Shown here piece by piece: positions 1 through 10,160 of a stretch of 64,000 bases of DNA (the stretch's first letter is position 1; every line of letters begins with the position of its first letter). The stretch covers positions 256,001 to 320,000 of the forward strand of contig CAVYNH010000006.1 in NCBI GenBank assembly GCA_963769885.1, read 5' to 3'. Origin of the DNA: Methanobacteriota archaeon (GTDB taxonomy: Archaea > Thermoplasmatota > E2 > DHVEG-1). A program made the translations under genes and the position numbers. Under the pieces are notes generated by a model. The model made no database searches. It saw only the letters and a list, made by a program, of their open reading frames with translations, and had not been told where the DNA came from.

Positions 1-1622
1 CCACCGGCACCACACCAGCAGTCCCCGCCAGCCTCACCCTCCACGCCACCCACCCCACCACCCCACCCAACCAACCAGAACGCATCACCCTGGACCTCGC
101 CATCGACACCCGAACCCCCGCCACCATCTCTCTCACCGCCAACATCCAACTCCACACCCTTGACCTCACCGCATACCACGTCCTCCCCGCCTTCACCACC
201 GGCACCACCCTCCCATCGGACGCCCTCCGGCTCCTCATCACCGACGGCCTCCTCACCCTCGACGCCATCCACACCCACACCATCCAACCCCTCATCGACC
301 GCCTCCAACCCCTCCTCCAAAACACCACCCTCAACCAACCCCTCACCTTCACCTTCACCTGGGACAACACCACCACCAACCCCACCCCACCGTTCAACAC
401 CACCCACATGGACACCACCCCACCCCTCACCGCCCAATACCACGACCCACACATCCGCCTCACCATCGACAACCTCACGGCCAGAGCCTACTTCGGCCTC
501 ATCAACGCAGGCGCCAACGCCACCCTCACCCCCACCAGCCTCAACATCGACACCAAGAACACGCTCCTCGGCCTCCCCACCACCGTCACCCTCACTCTCC
601 CCCAAAACATCACCCTCAACAACCAACACACCATCACCTGGAACCAAACCACCAACACCACCGGCACCCTCCACTCTGACCTCCAACCCCAGCCCCCCTA
701 CACCACAGAAAAACACACCACCACCATCACCATCGACATCTCCAAGATGGACCTCAACCTCATCGGCCTCTTCACCGGCAAAACCGAACTCACCACAACC
801 ACCACCCTTACCCAACACGACGCCCTCAACGTCATCCGCACGCCCCCAGAGATCCACCTCCCCACCACCATGACCCTCCCGTTCCTCAACGCCGACGCCT
901 ACCGCCTCTGCACCGAAGAAGGCCTCCTCACCCAAAATGACCAGACCACGATCCTCGACACCCAACGAACCCTCTTCGAACAACGCCTCACCACCATCTA
1001 CAACGGCCGCACCATCAAAGCCCTCACCAACACTAAAACCTACACCACCAGCCTCCAATGGAATGGCGACATCGCCACCATGGACAACCTCGCCCCCATC
1101 ACCATCGACGCCTACGCCGACGACGACGCCACCCTCGCCGCCAGCCTCAGCCTCTCCCCCGCCACCTTCACCATCGCACCCCTCCACTTCACCCTCCCCC
1201 ACATCGCCAACACCACCACCACCTACCGCCTCATCTTCCCCTCAGGCCAGACCCTCGCCGCCGTCACCACCCAAGGACAGCCCTACGCACAAGGCAACAC
1301 CAGCGACGGCAGAGCCTACATCGAATTCCTCTTCAACGACACCAGCACCATCCTCACCACCCCCGTCACCTGCACCCTCGCCGTCTCCACCTTCTACGTC
1401 CTGGCCCTCTTCCTCCCCCTCATCCTCGTCATCGTCCTCATCGTCATCCTCCTCATCGTCATCCTCCTCATCCGCAAACGACGGAAACGCTCCCCTGGCC
1501 TCCCCAAACAACGTAAAACCAAACCCAAGAAAAAAGGAGAGGAACCAGAAGAACCCACCGGCAGCGAAGACGCGGAAGACTTTTATGTGCCCCCGCCACC
1601 GCCCTCATCCCGCCGCCGATAA
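1..1622 (+). CDS. Membrane-anchored surface protein, 5'-truncated by the window edge
   Basis: The frame of ORF 408..1622 is open from base 3. C-terminal TM helix (LALFLPLILVIVLIVILLIVILLI) is followed by a basic tail. Internal repeat: SDALRLLITDGLLT / ADAYRLCTEEGLLT. Confidence 0.8.
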   Translation, partial: TGTTPAVPASLTLHATHPTTPPNQPERITLDLAIDTRTPATISLTANIQLHTLDLTAYHVLPAFTTGTTLPSDALRLLITDGLLTLDAIHTHTIQPLIDRLQPLLQNTTLNQPLTFTFTWDNTTTNPTPPFNTTHMDTTPPLTAQYHDPHIRLTIDNLTARAYFGLINAGANATLTPTSLNIDTKNTLLGLPTTVTLTLPQNITLNNQHTITWNQTTNTTGTLHSDLQPQPPYTTEKHTTTITIDISKMDLNLIGLFTGKTELTTTTTLTQHDALNVIRTPPEIHLPTTMTLPFLNADAYRLCTEEGLLTQNDQTTILDTQRTLFEQRLTTIYNGRTIKALTNTKTYTTSLQWNGDIATMDNLAPITIDAYADDDATLAASLSLSPATFTIAPLHFTLPHIANTTTTYRLIFPSGQTLAAVTTQGQPYAQGNTSDGRAYIEFLFNDTSTILTTPVTCTLAVSTFYVLALFLPLILVIVLIVILLIVILLIRKRRKRSPGLPKQRKTKPKKKGEEPEEPTGSEDAEDFYVPPPPPSSRRR

Positions 1623-2791
1623 GCCCGCAACACGTCCGGCAGACGCACCGCCAGCCCCGGCGCCGCCGCCAACACCGGCAGCACCAACCGCGACGGATAA
1701 TCAATATCCCCATAGCGATCGATCGCCGCCCGCACCCGCGGCCGCCGCAGCTCACGCAACCACGATTCTAACACTGGATCACTCATTGAGCGGTAATACC
1801 GCCGAAATGCCATCCCCCACGACAGCTCACGGCCGACCACCCGCTTCCACCGCAGCTGATACCGCTGAAGATCGTGTACGGAAAACACCGAGGCCTCAAA
1901 CGCCTCCGTGATGGTTCGCGCACATTGTCGCGCGCACAACAAGCCGGTGACGATGCCGCCGCCGGACGTCGGCTTCACCTGCGCCGCGGCATCCCCGACG
2001 AGTAAGACACGGCCTTGAACCGAAGGCATGACTGGCCCCAAAGGCACTAGGCCACCGTACCGGCAGGTTAGAGAACCATCTGCAACTGGAGGGCGGCGCA
2101 GCAGCGACTCGAAGCACTCCCGCATCGACGGTGACGAGTGCTTGGTTTTGCACAACCCGATCCGCGCACAGGTCCCCTTCTCATTCATAGGGATGACCCA
2201 GGCGAAAAAACCAGGGGCAACCCGCGAGCCGGTGAAAATCAGCGTCGTTTTCGGATCTAAATCCACATTCTCGATTTCTCCTCCGATTCCCTCAAGCATT
2301 TCGGTGGGCTGAGGAAAGTTCAAACAAGCGCGGACGGATGATAGGGCACCATCCGCACCGACGAGAATCTTCCCGGAAAACGATCCGTGAGCACTCTTCA
2401 TGATTACGCCGCTGGCATCCTGATGCACTTTTCTCACTTTTTCACCGGTCAAAAGCGTGGCTCCGGCATCGATGGCTAGCCGGCCTAGCGCCTGGTCGTA
2501 GCGTACGCGGTCGATAACAAGCGCATGAACTCGGTCGCCCCCGATGCGCTCGATGACCTCATCCGGGGAATGGATTTGAGCGCCTGTGATCGTATTCGAG
2601 ACGATGGACTCTTGAGGAAGCCGGGGGATTGAAAAGGCACGGTCAGTAACCAATCCAGCGCAATGGAGCGGACGACCAACCTCATTATGTTCCTCGAATA
2701 TCCCGACGGAGTAGCCGGCCTCGGCCACCCAGCGGCCAACCGCGCAGCCGATGGGGCCGCCGCCGACGATAAGCAGGTCGTATCGATCCAT
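1583..2791 (-). CDS. Geranylgeranyl reductase family FAD-dependent oxidoreductase
   Basis: GGGPIG Rossmann motif, PLHCAGL, GFFAWVIP, LVGDAAAQVKPTSGGGI. Confidence 0.9.
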   Translation of the reverse strand: MDRYDLLIVGGGPIGCAVGRWVAEAGYSVGIFEEHNEVGRPLHCAGLVTDRAFSIPRLPQESIVSNTITGAQIHSPDEVIERIGGDRVHALVIDRVRYDQALGRLAIDAGATLLTGEKVRKVHQDASGVIMKSAHGSFSGKILVGADGALSSVRACLNFPQPTEMLEGIGGEIENVDLDPKTTLIFTGSRVAPGFFAWVIPMNEKGTCARIGLCKTKHSSPSMRECFESLLRRPPVADGSLTCRYGGLVPLGPVMPSVQGRVLLVGDAAAQVKPTSGGGIVTGLLCARQCARTITEAFEASVFSVHDLQRYQLRWKRVVGRELSWGMAFRRYYRSMSDPVLESWLRELRRPRVRAAIDRYGDIDYPSRLVLPVLAAAPGLAVRLPDVLRAYRRRDEGGGGGT

Positions 2792-2848
2792 TTTATGGCA
2801 AAGAATTATCCAAAGCTTTATAATAAAAACGGTAATTCAGAAGGACAC

Positions 2849-3187
2849 ATGACCTTCGGTGACCCGAGCCGCTTGTTTTCTGGTTCTCTCTTCTTCTTTG
2901 GAAGGCGGAAGAATGGGCTGTCGGGCGACCCGGAGATGCTTTGTAAATTCGTCTACGATTCTTCTGGGACGCGGCTCGGGGAGAGCGTCTCGTTCATGGA
3001 GGATGTCCTGATTGTGAAGGACGGGAGTCGGTTCCTTGGGGTGCCGATGAAACATGTCCATAAAAATCAATCATCGTTAGTGGTAAAAGGGATCTATGAT
3101 CTTTCCAAAGCCTATGCGTTAGGGGAGAAATGGCGGATGGAGACCCGCCGTGAGATGCCGTCCTATGATAAAGATCGCGCCCCTTGA
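2849..3187 (+). CDS. Small archaeal beta-barrel protein (PRC-like, DUF5749-like)
   Basis: CKFVYDSSGTRLGESV...FLGVP...A.ALGEKW pattern. Start taken at ATG 2849, outside the divergent upstream gene. Confidence 0.6.
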   Translation: MTFGDPSRLFSGSLFFFGRRKNGLSGDPEMLCKFVYDSSGTRLGESVSFMEDVLIVKDGSRFLGVPMKHVHKNQSSLVVKGIYDLSKAYALGEKWRMETRREMPSYDKDRAP

Positions 3188-3542
3188 ATTCGAGTACAAG
3201 CTCGTGGTCGTCACCCGCAAGGACCTGAAGCTGTCCCCGGGGAAGCTGTCGGTTCAGGTCGCGCATGCGGCCGTAGAATGCGCCTTGTCGACGAAGAAGC
3301 ATCATGCGGCGTGGTTCTCCCGCTGGGATGCGGAAGGCGCAAAGAAGGTGGTCGTCAAGGTCCCGACTCTTGAGGATTTCTATTCTTTGAAGATGAAGGC
3401 GGAGGACCTCGGGATTGCGACGGTGATTATCGCGGATGCGGGGTTGACGGAGATCCCGCCGGGGACGGAGACGGTCTTGGGTCTTGGGCCTGCGCCGAAT
3501 ACGCTTATTGATCAGGTGACTGGGGATTTGCCCCTGTTATAA
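3165..3542 (+). CDS. pth2: Peptidyl-tRNA hydrolase Pth2
   Basis: YKLVVVTRKDLKLSPGKLSVQVAHAA, KKVVVK, DAGLTEIPPGTETVLGLGP. Confidence 0.95.
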   Translation: MIKIAPLEFEYKLVVVTRKDLKLSPGKLSVQVAHAAVECALSTKKHHAAWFSRWDAEGAKKVVVKVPTLEDFYSLKMKAEDLGIATVIIADAGLTEIPPGTETVLGLGPAPNTLIDQVTGDLPLL

Positions 3543-4320
3543 GCAGTGCTTCGGCGGTTTTTTGGAAGTCGTGGAGGGTGCGCTGGTGGTCGTCGGGGAG
3601 GACGATGCGACGTTCGACCTCTTTCCATTCGAGGCCGTGCTCTTCGAGGAGTTTTCTGACCATGCCGGGGACGCGGGGAGCGCAGAGGATGCCGCGGACG
3701 ACGGGTTCTTTTCGGTCTTTTTTGATGTCGGTGACGTACATGCGGAGCTGGTGGGCGGCACTGATGGTGGCGAGGCTGCGTTTCACTTCGATGACGACGG
3801 GGACGTGGTCCTTGTCGTAGCCGTAGAGGTCAATGGAGCCGGTGCGGACGGGCTTCTCCCGTTTGACGATCCGGAGGCCGTCTTCGATGAGGGCGGGGTC
3901 TTTGAGAATGTCGTTGACGACGTCGGCCTCCATGCCAGCGATGACGAGGCGAGCATGATCCTGAAGGGAGGTGGCAATGACGATCTGGAGGGCGCGGAAG
4001 GTGACCTTCATTTTCTCCGCGGGTTTGGTGTGGTGGCAGTTGAGGATGAGTTGGTTGCGGCGGACCGTGAATTGGGTGATGCTGCCGGCGGGCTGCCAGT
4101 TGACAGGCTCACGTTGGATGGGCTGGTGAACGAGGACGGTGCCGTCCTGTTTGATGAGGATGAGGCGTTCGCCCCAGTCGAGGAGCGAGCGGGCGCGGCC
4201 GTGGTAGTCGACGAGGCAGTCTCCAAGAAGGAGGAGGATGGTTTTTTCTGGTCGGGTGGCATGGTGGTCGGTGATGAAGCGGAGGGCCTCGGCTGGGGTG
4301 GGATGGACTGCGGTCTTCAT
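3505..4320 (-). CDS. nucS: Endonuclease NucS/EndoMS
   Basis: VDYHGRARS, LIKQDGTVLVHQP...PVNWQP, IDLYGYD...VIEVKR, QLRMY. Confidence 0.93.
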   Translation of the reverse strand: MKTAVHPTPAEALRFITDHHATRPEKTILLLLGDCLVDYHGRARSLLDWGERLILIKQDGTVLVHQPIQREPVNWQPAGSITQFTVRRNQLILNCHHTKPAEKMKVTFRALQIVIATSLQDHARLVIAGMEADVVNDILKDPALIEDGLRIVKREKPVRTGSIDLYGYDKDHVPVVIEVKRSLATISAAHQLRMYVTDIKKDRKEPVVRGILCAPRVPGMVRKLLEEHGLEWKEVERRIVLPDDHQRTLHDFQKTAEALLITGANPQSPDQ

Positions 4321-4358
4321 AGGTCGCTGGCCTGGCTTCGTGGTCTGTTGGGGGGTGG

Positions 4359-5630
4359 TTATTTGGATTGTTCGATAGTGAGCCGGGATTGCTCTTTCAT
4401 CTTGTAGGTGGAGAGCTCTTTGAAGACGTCGTCTTCGTTGAGGACTTCTTGGAGGTCTTTGTTAGTGGAGGCGATTTGGATCTCGGTGGTGCGGCCGTGC
4501 CGTCCTTTGGAGATGACGCGGGAGGTGACGACGCCGAGCATGTCGAGTTCGGCGATCAGGTCGGTGGTGCGGCGTTGGGTGAGGCAGTTGTAGCGGGTTT
4601 TTTTGCAGAGTTCGTGGTAGAGGTCGTAGACCTGCCCGGTGGTGAGGGCTTGGTTGGTGCCTGCTTTTTTGTTCTGCTTGTCGAGGAGGAGGATGGCGTA
4701 GAGGACGAGTTTGGATTGGTTGGGGAGCGTGCGGACGACTTCGGTGATGCGGTCGAGTTCGATCTTTTCTTGGGCTTGTTTGACGTTGTTCCTGGTGACA
4801 CGGGGCGCCCGGTTGCGTTCGGCGAGCTCGGTGGCGACCCTGAGGAGGTCCAAGGCTCTTCGTGCGTCGCCGTGTTCCTGGGCGCTGAGGGCGGCGCAGA
4901 AGGGGATGACGTCGTCGTCGACTGCGCCTTTTTTGAGGGCGGTCTTGGCGCGGTCGTCGAGGATGTCTTTGAGCTGGGTGGCGTCGTAGGGGGAGAAGAT
5001 CATGCTTTCTTCGCCGAGGCTGGAGCGGACGCGGGGGTCGAGGAGCTCGGTGAATTTGAGGTCGTTGCTGATGCCGATGATGCTGATGCGGGCGTTCTGC
5101 AGCTCGGTGTTGATCCTGGTGAGGTTGTAGAGGGCGTCGTCGCCTTGGAGTTTGTCGACCTCGTCGAGGACGATGATGATGACGCTTTTTTCCTTGTCGA
5201 TCATGGTTTTGAGTTTGGTGTAAACTTCGTCGGTGGGCCAGCCGGTGAAAGGGACGTGGTCGTTCCATTCGCTCATGAATTGGTTGGCGATGTTTTGGAG
5301 GAGGCGGTAGTGGGTGTCGATGATGGCACAGTTGAGGTAGATGAAGTTGATGTTGGTGCCGAGCTGGTCGCCTTTTTTCCGCAGTTCTTTGCCGAGGTGT
5401 TTGACGACGGCGGTCTTGCCGGTGCCGGTTTTGCCGTAGATGAAGACGTTGGAGGGGGCTTCGCCTTTGAGGGCGGGGGTGAGGATGTTGGCGAGGCTGT
5501 CGATCTCTTTGGTGCGGTGGGGGAGGTTGTCGGGTATGTAGGAGGACCGCATGACTTCGCGGTTCAGGAACAGGGTTTCGTTGTTGAGGTACTGGTCAAA
5601 AATGTCCTTGGTTGACGCTGGTTTACTCAT
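4359..5630 (-). CDS. cdc6: Orc1/Cdc6 replication initiator
   Basis: Walker A GKTGTGKT, Walker B VLDEVD, GDARRALDLL, C-terminal wH with ELDMLG...SKGRHGRT. Confidence 0.97.
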   Translation of the reverse strand: MSKPASTKDIFDQYLNNETLFLNREVMRSSYIPDNLPHRTKEIDSLANILTPALKGEAPSNVFIYGKTGTGKTAVVKHLGKELRKKGDQLGTNINFIYLNCAIIDTHYRLLQNIANQFMSEWNDHVPFTGWPTDEVYTKLKTMIDKEKSVIIIVLDEVDKLQGDDALYNLTRINTELQNARISIIGISNDLKFTELLDPRVRSSLGEESMIFSPYDATQLKDILDDRAKTALKKGAVDDDVIPFCAALSAQEHGDARRALDLLRVATELAERNRAPRVTRNNVKQAQEKIELDRITEVVRTLPNQSKLVLYAILLLDKQNKKAGTNQALTTGQVYDLYHELCKKTRYNCLTQRRTTDLIAELDMLGVVTSRVISKGRHGRTTEIQIASTNKDLQEVLNEDDVFKELSTYKMKEQSRLTIEQSK

Positions 5631-5734
5631 TCCTTCACCGCTCCCCGAAGGGGGCTGGGAATGGTCTCAGCATATTTCAATGTTGCGAAGTGATTTTTCT
5701 CCTGGTTTTCTTCTGGCGTGATACCGGGTGGGAG

Positions 5735-5925
5735 GGGGGATGATTTCGAGTGGAAACCATATGGCTTCCGGCTTTATTTTTTTATTTTTTTAAAAATATT
5801 TTTTTAAATTTCGCAATATTCAAATACGACGGACCGTATACAGTCACCGGGATACTTCGTCTATGTTTTTTTCTTAGAAACGGGATACTTCAAACAACCG
5901 AGTTCCAGTGGAAATGAAGGGGTCC
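5735..5925. other. Probable replication origin (oriC): ORB, mini-ORB and AT-rich unwinding element
   Basis: GTTCCAGTGGAAATGAAGGGGT at 5902-5923 matches the archaeal ORB with G-string. TTTCGAGTGGAAAC lies at 5744-5757, with an A/T tract at about 5772-5820 between them. Directly upstream of cdc6. Confidence 0.8.
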
Positions 5926-6032
5926 CCCTAGAGTCCGGTTTCCTCCCTTGCTATAGCATGACAAATCATCCCTGACAGGAGAGGCGAAGGGAGTAGAAAA
6001 AAATGGGGAAAAGAGAACGCCGACCGTGTCGT

Positions 6033-6269
6033 TTAGCTACCGACGATGACGACGTCCTTAACGGATCGGATCGTGTCGAACGGGAACACCAGGTGCCCAA
6101 TCTCATCCAAATGATACAGGCGCGGGTCGATGTCCTCGGACGGCTCCACCAGGATGCTGAGCAACTCCCCGGTCTTCTCATCAACCAGGGAATTCCGTAG
6201 GATCCCCAGATAGAGACCCTCTTCGCTCATCACGGTCTTTCCTCTCAAGTCACTCTCCAAGATTCTCAT
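6033..6269 (-). CDS. Stand-alone PRC-barrel protein (CdpB-like)
   Basis: LRGKTVMSEEGLYLGIL...VDEKTGEL...FPFDTIRSVKDVVIV; 78 aa from ATG 6269. Confidence 0.85.
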   Translation of the reverse strand: MRILESDLRGKTVMSEEGLYLGILRNSLVDEKTGELLSILVEPSEDIDPRLYHLDEIGHLVFPFDTIRSVKDVVIVGS

Positions 6270-6379
6270 AGTATCATCCCTCAAATTATCCGAACAGGTC
6301 AAAAGAGAGAATAGCCAGTCCACTTTTATCCTTTTTGGCAGACAAAAAAGAAAGAAAAAATGGGAAGCACTCCCCATTA

Positions 6380-8962
6380 TTAGAGGTACTGGATGTCGCG
6401 CTCCTTGCGCTCCCGCTTCGCCACGTTGCTGAGATCCTCTTTGAACCGCCCGTAATACTTCATCACATCATCAGTGATGCTGCCGCGCGCCTCGGAGAGC
6501 GCCTGCTCGAAGTTCGACCGCTTGACCTCCTTTGCCTTGATGTCCTTGCGCAACGCCAGCATCGCGGCCTCACGCACGACACCCTCGATGTCCGCGCCGC
6601 TGAACCCAGCGGTCTTCTCCGCCAGCTCCTCCAGCGACACGTCCTTGGTCAGCGGCATCCCCTTCGTATGGATCTTGAAGATCTCCAGCCGCGCATCCTT
6701 ATCCGGCGCCGGCGTCAAGATCAACCGGTCGAACCGCCCCGGACGCAGCAACCCTGGGTCGATGATGTCAGGTCGGTTCGTCGCCCCGATGACGACGACG
6801 CCTTCCATGCTCTCCAACCCGTCGATGCTCGTCAACAGCTGGTTCACCACGCTCTCGGTCACATGCGAGCCTTCGAAGGCGCCACGACGCGGTGCAATCG
6901 AGTCGATCTCATCCAGGAATACGATCGTCGGCGCGACCTGCCGCGCCTTCTTGAACAGCTCACGGACCGCCTTCTCGCTCTCCCCGACCCACTTGCTCAA
7001 CACCTCGGGCCCCTTGATGGAGATGAAGTTCGCCTTGGACTCATGCGCCACGGCCTTCGCCAATAACGTCTTCCCGGTCCCCGGTGGACCGTACAAAAGG
7101 ATGCCACGCGGTGCGTGGATGCCCATCCGATGGAACACCTCGGGCTGCGACAGCGGCCACTCCACAGTCTCCCGCAAGCTCTGCTTCACATCCTCCAGAC
7201 CGCCGATCTGATCCCAGCTGATCTTGGGGATCTCCACGAAGAACTCACGCAAGGCAGACGGCTCGATGCCCCGGTGCGCCGCCTTGAAATCATCCAAGGT
7301 CACCTCCATCTTCTCCATCAGCTCGATCGGGATGGGGCGCTCCAGATCGATCTCAGGCAGGTACCGTCGCAGGGCGTTCATCGCCGCCTCACGCGCCAGC
7401 GCCGCCAGATCCGCGCCGACGAACCCATACGTGATGTCCGCGATGTCGTTCAGCATGATCTCCTTGGCGATCTTGCGGATGAACTCCTCCGGGTTCTCCC
7501 GGATGCTCGTCAGCCGCTCGTTGATCTGCTGGTCGCTGTGCGTGTCCAGTTCCGCGTCCTCAAGGTCAAGGGGTAGGATGTTCGTGATCTCATCCGCCAG
7601 GACCTTCACCATCCGGTCGAACAACGCCTGCGGCAGATCATTCTTCACCGAGGTAAACACCACAGAGAGGTAATCGCTAACAACCGCGGAGCGCTTGCTG
7701 CGGTTCTTCGTCTTCACCACGGTCCGCAACAGGTCCGAGATATGCACCTTCTTGATCGCCTGACGCAGGATCTCTTGGACCTTCTCGGAAGTCAATGCCG
7801 CGCCAGGGAACAGCTCCGACAGGTTCGGCGCCACCGGCATACCGCGTGTATGAATCTGCAAAATCTCCCGTCGGCCGTTGCGGTCGGGGACGTCGATGCG
7901 GATCTCTCGGTCGAACCGTCCGGGACGGCGCAACGCGGGGTCGATGACATCGGGTATGTTCGTCGCGCCGATGACGATGAGCTTCCCGCGTCCCTTCAAG
8001 CCATCCATCAATGTAAGCAGTTGTGAGACGACGCGGCGTTCGACCTCGCCGTGGACCTCGCTGCGCTTCGGCGCGATGGCATCTATCTCGTCCAAAAAAA
8101 TGATAGAAGGCGCATTTTTTTGAGCTTCTTCGAATACTTTACGAAGATTTTCTTCCGATTGGCCATAAAATTTAGACATAATTTCAGGCCCATTAATCGT
8201 GTAAAAGTTTGCACCTGACTCATTTGCGACCGCTTTTGCAATCAAAGTTTTACCAGTCCCTGGCGGACCGTGTAAAAGTACTCCTTTAGGGGGGTCAATC
8301 CCGAGCCGGTCGAACAGCTCCGGATGCTTCAGCGGCAGCTCGATCATCTCACGGACCTTGCTGATCTCGTTCTGCAGGCCCCCGATGTCCTCATAGCTGA
8401 CCCGCGGACCCTCCTCCTCCGCGATCTTCGCCGCCTCTTCCTTCACATACAGGTTCGTACGCTCCGTAATCGTCACAATCCCATGCGGCGTCGTCTCAAT
8501 AATAATGAACGGAAGCGCATTCCCAAAAAACGCGATACCAGGGATGATAATCTCATCACCCTTGGACAACGGACGGCGCAACAGGTTCTTGCGGATAATC
8601 ACGTCAATGCCCATCCCGAACTCAATACGCTGCCCCTCCGGCATCAACGGCGCCAGCGTCACGTCCCGCGCCTCGCGCACCTCAGCCCGCCGGATCTTCA
8701 CCCGATCCCCCAGCCCAGTCCCCGCGTTCTTCCGCGTCAAATTATCAACCCGAACCAGCCGCTTCCCCTCATCAGACGGATGCGCACGCCACACCGACGC
8801 CGCCGTCACCTTCCCCCCCTCAATCTCGATCACATCGCCAATCGACAAATCAAGGTCCAGCCGCGTCTGATGATCAATACGGGCACGCCCATACCCCACA
8901 TCCTGCTGAAACGCCTCAGAAACCTTAAGAACAACTTCACGAACCATACTCTTGACTCCCAC
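6380..8962 (-). CDS. cdc48: CDC48/VAT AAA+ ATPase
   Basis: N-domain plus two AAA modules (GPPGTGKT twice, FLDEID twice, RPGRFDR twice). About 120-aa insert in the D1 lid region. Confidence 0.97.
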   Translation of the reverse strand: MGVKSMVREVVLKVSEAFQQDVGYGRARIDHQTRLDLDLSIGDVIEIEGGKVTAASVWRAHPSDEGKRLVRVDNLTRKNAGTGLGDRVKIRRAEVREARDVTLAPLMPEGQRIEFGMGIDVIIRKNLLRRPLSKGDEIIIPGIAFFGNALPFIIIETTPHGIVTITERTNLYVKEEAAKIAEEEGPRVSYEDIGGLQNEISKVREMIELPLKHPELFDRLGIDPPKGVLLHGPPGTGKTLIAKAVANESGANFYTINGPEIMSKFYGQSEENLRKVFEEAQKNAPSIIFLDEIDAIAPKRSEVHGEVERRVVSQLLTLMDGLKGRGKLIVIGATNIPDVIDPALRRPGRFDREIRIDVPDRNGRREILQIHTRGMPVAPNLSELFPGAALTSEKVQEILRQAIKKVHISDLLRTVVKTKNRSKRSAVVSDYLSVVFTSVKNDLPQALFDRMVKVLADEITNILPLDLEDAELDTHSDQQINERLTSIRENPEEFIRKIAKEIMLNDIADITYGFVGADLAALAREAAMNALRRYLPEIDLERPIPIELMEKMEVTLDDFKAAHRGIEPSALREFFVEIPKISWDQIGGLEDVKQSLRETVEWPLSQPEVFHRMGIHAPRGILLYGPPGTGKTLLAKAVAHESKANFISIKGPEVLSKWVGESEKAVRELFKKARQVAPTIVFLDEIDSIAPRRGAFEGSHVTESVVNQLLTSIDGLESMEGVVVIGATNRPDIIDPGLLRPGRFDRLILTPAPDKDARLEIFKIHTKGMPLTKDVSLEELAEKTAGFSGADIEGVVREAAMLALRKDIKAKEVKRSNFEQALSEARGSITDDVMKYYGRFKEDLSNVAKRERKERDIQYL

Positions 8963-9114
8963 CTAATCGAAATCTGATGGCACTGCAGACAATATGAAAC
9001 CAATATAAAGCTTTCTCCCCCACCCCCATTCACCAGAGCAGAACCATTAAATAACACACCCACGATAAAACCACCGCAATAAAAAAACAAAAAAACAGTC
9101 TGGGAGGTAACCAC

Positions 9115-9756
9115 ACGAAATTCAAACACATCATCCTACTCGCGACCCTCATCAGCCTCACCCTCCTCTACGCCCTCACCGGCATCACCGCTCCCCCCGC
9201 CATCACCCTCGGCGACGCCCACCTCTACGACGGCCAACGCGTCACCGTCACCGGCCGCATCCAAACCTACCACACCCTCACCAACGGCGCCCAAACCATC
9301 ACCATCCACGACCCCACCACCACCGCTACTCTCACCCTCTACCTCCCCACCCCCACCACCATCGCCTACGGCGACACCATCCAAGCCACCGGCACCATCA
9401 CCACCTACCAAGACACCACCGAACTCACCATCGACACCCCCCACGGCCTCACCATCCTGCACCACGACACCAACCCTCTCACCCCCCTCTGGCAACTCGC
9501 CCAAACCCCCCACACCTACCAAGACACCACCATCACCACCACCGGCACTGTCGACACCACCACCCACACCAGCTTCACCCTCACCGACATCACCACCCCA
9601 GCCACCATCCAAGTCACCGGCGCCACCACACAACCCACCAAAGGCCAAACCATCCTCATCCACGCCCGCCTCCTCTACAACCCCGCCACCTTCCGCTACA
9701 CCCTCCAACTCACCAACACCACCATCACCATCCTAGGAGGCAACACCACTGCTTGA
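9115..9756 (+). CDS. Membrane-anchored OB-fold protein, absent from the ORF track; apparent ACG start
   Basis: Open frame (T)KFKHIILLATLISLTLLYAL...DGQRVTVTGRI...YGDTIQATGTITTYQDTTELTI...GGNTTA*. GGAGGT lies 6 nt upstream of ACG, and no ATG/GTG/TTG follows the in-frame stop at 9052. Confidence 0.75.
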   Translation, partial: TKFKHIILLATLISLTLLYALTGITAPPAITLGDAHLYDGQRVTVTGRIQTYHTLTNGAQTITIHDPTTTATLTLYLPTPTTIAYGDTIQATGTITTYQDTTELTIDTPHGLTILHHDTNPLTPLWQLAQTPHTYQDTTITTTGTVDTTTHTSFTLTDITTPATIQVTGATTQPTKGQTILIHARLLYNPATFRYTLQLTNTTITILGGNTTA

Positions 9757-10006
9757 CCTCCTCCTCGTCCTCCTCTTCAGCCTCCTCGGCGTCACCCTCG
9801 GCCTCCTCAGCGGCCTCCTCCCCGGCCTCCACGTCAACAACATCGCCCTCATCCTCCTCACGCTCACCCCCGCCATCGTGACCCTCTGCCACCCACTCAC
9901 GGCCTACGGTCTCTCATCTGATTTCATCCTCATCCTGATCTGCGGGTTAATAGCCTCCCTGAGCCTGGCCCACGCCCTGCACCAGTACATACCCTCCACG
10001 TTCATC
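9749..10006 (+). pseudogene. 5' part of a TctA-family (tripartite tricarboxylate transporter permease, DUF112) gene, interrupted by a transposon
   Basis: GLLSGLLPGLHVNNIAL...QYIPSTFI, then a stop inside the element. CTG start 8 nt after GGAGG. Confidence 0.85.
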
Positions 10007-10132
10007 CAGTAGATGGACAAGTAAAATTCTTTTGGTCTAGGCAGGACTGAAAATCGACTGAACCTATACAATGCTCTGGTTTTTCAAAGAAAAAGTAGGG
10101 GCAATACCACAATAAAACTGGTCGAAATGGAT

Positions 10133-10160
10133 GGGCTTGTAGCTCAGCTAGGGTAGAGCA
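10133..10160 (+). other. tRNA-like 5' fragment (acceptor 5' strand plus D-arm)
   Basis: GGGCTTG-TA-GCTC-AGCTAGGGTA-GAGC-A. No pairing anticodon stem or intact 3' half follows. Confidence 0.5.

Noticed and set aside
2663-2848. N-terminal extensions in the ORF track (also 33603-33665, 37164-38171, 59660-59914, 63894-63953)
   Set aside because: They overlap neighbouring genes or promoters; downstream starts match the family N-termini better.
7460-7830. Intein in CDC48
   Set aside because: No N-terminal Cys/Ser block, no His-Asn followed by C/S/T junction, and no LAGLIDADG motifs.
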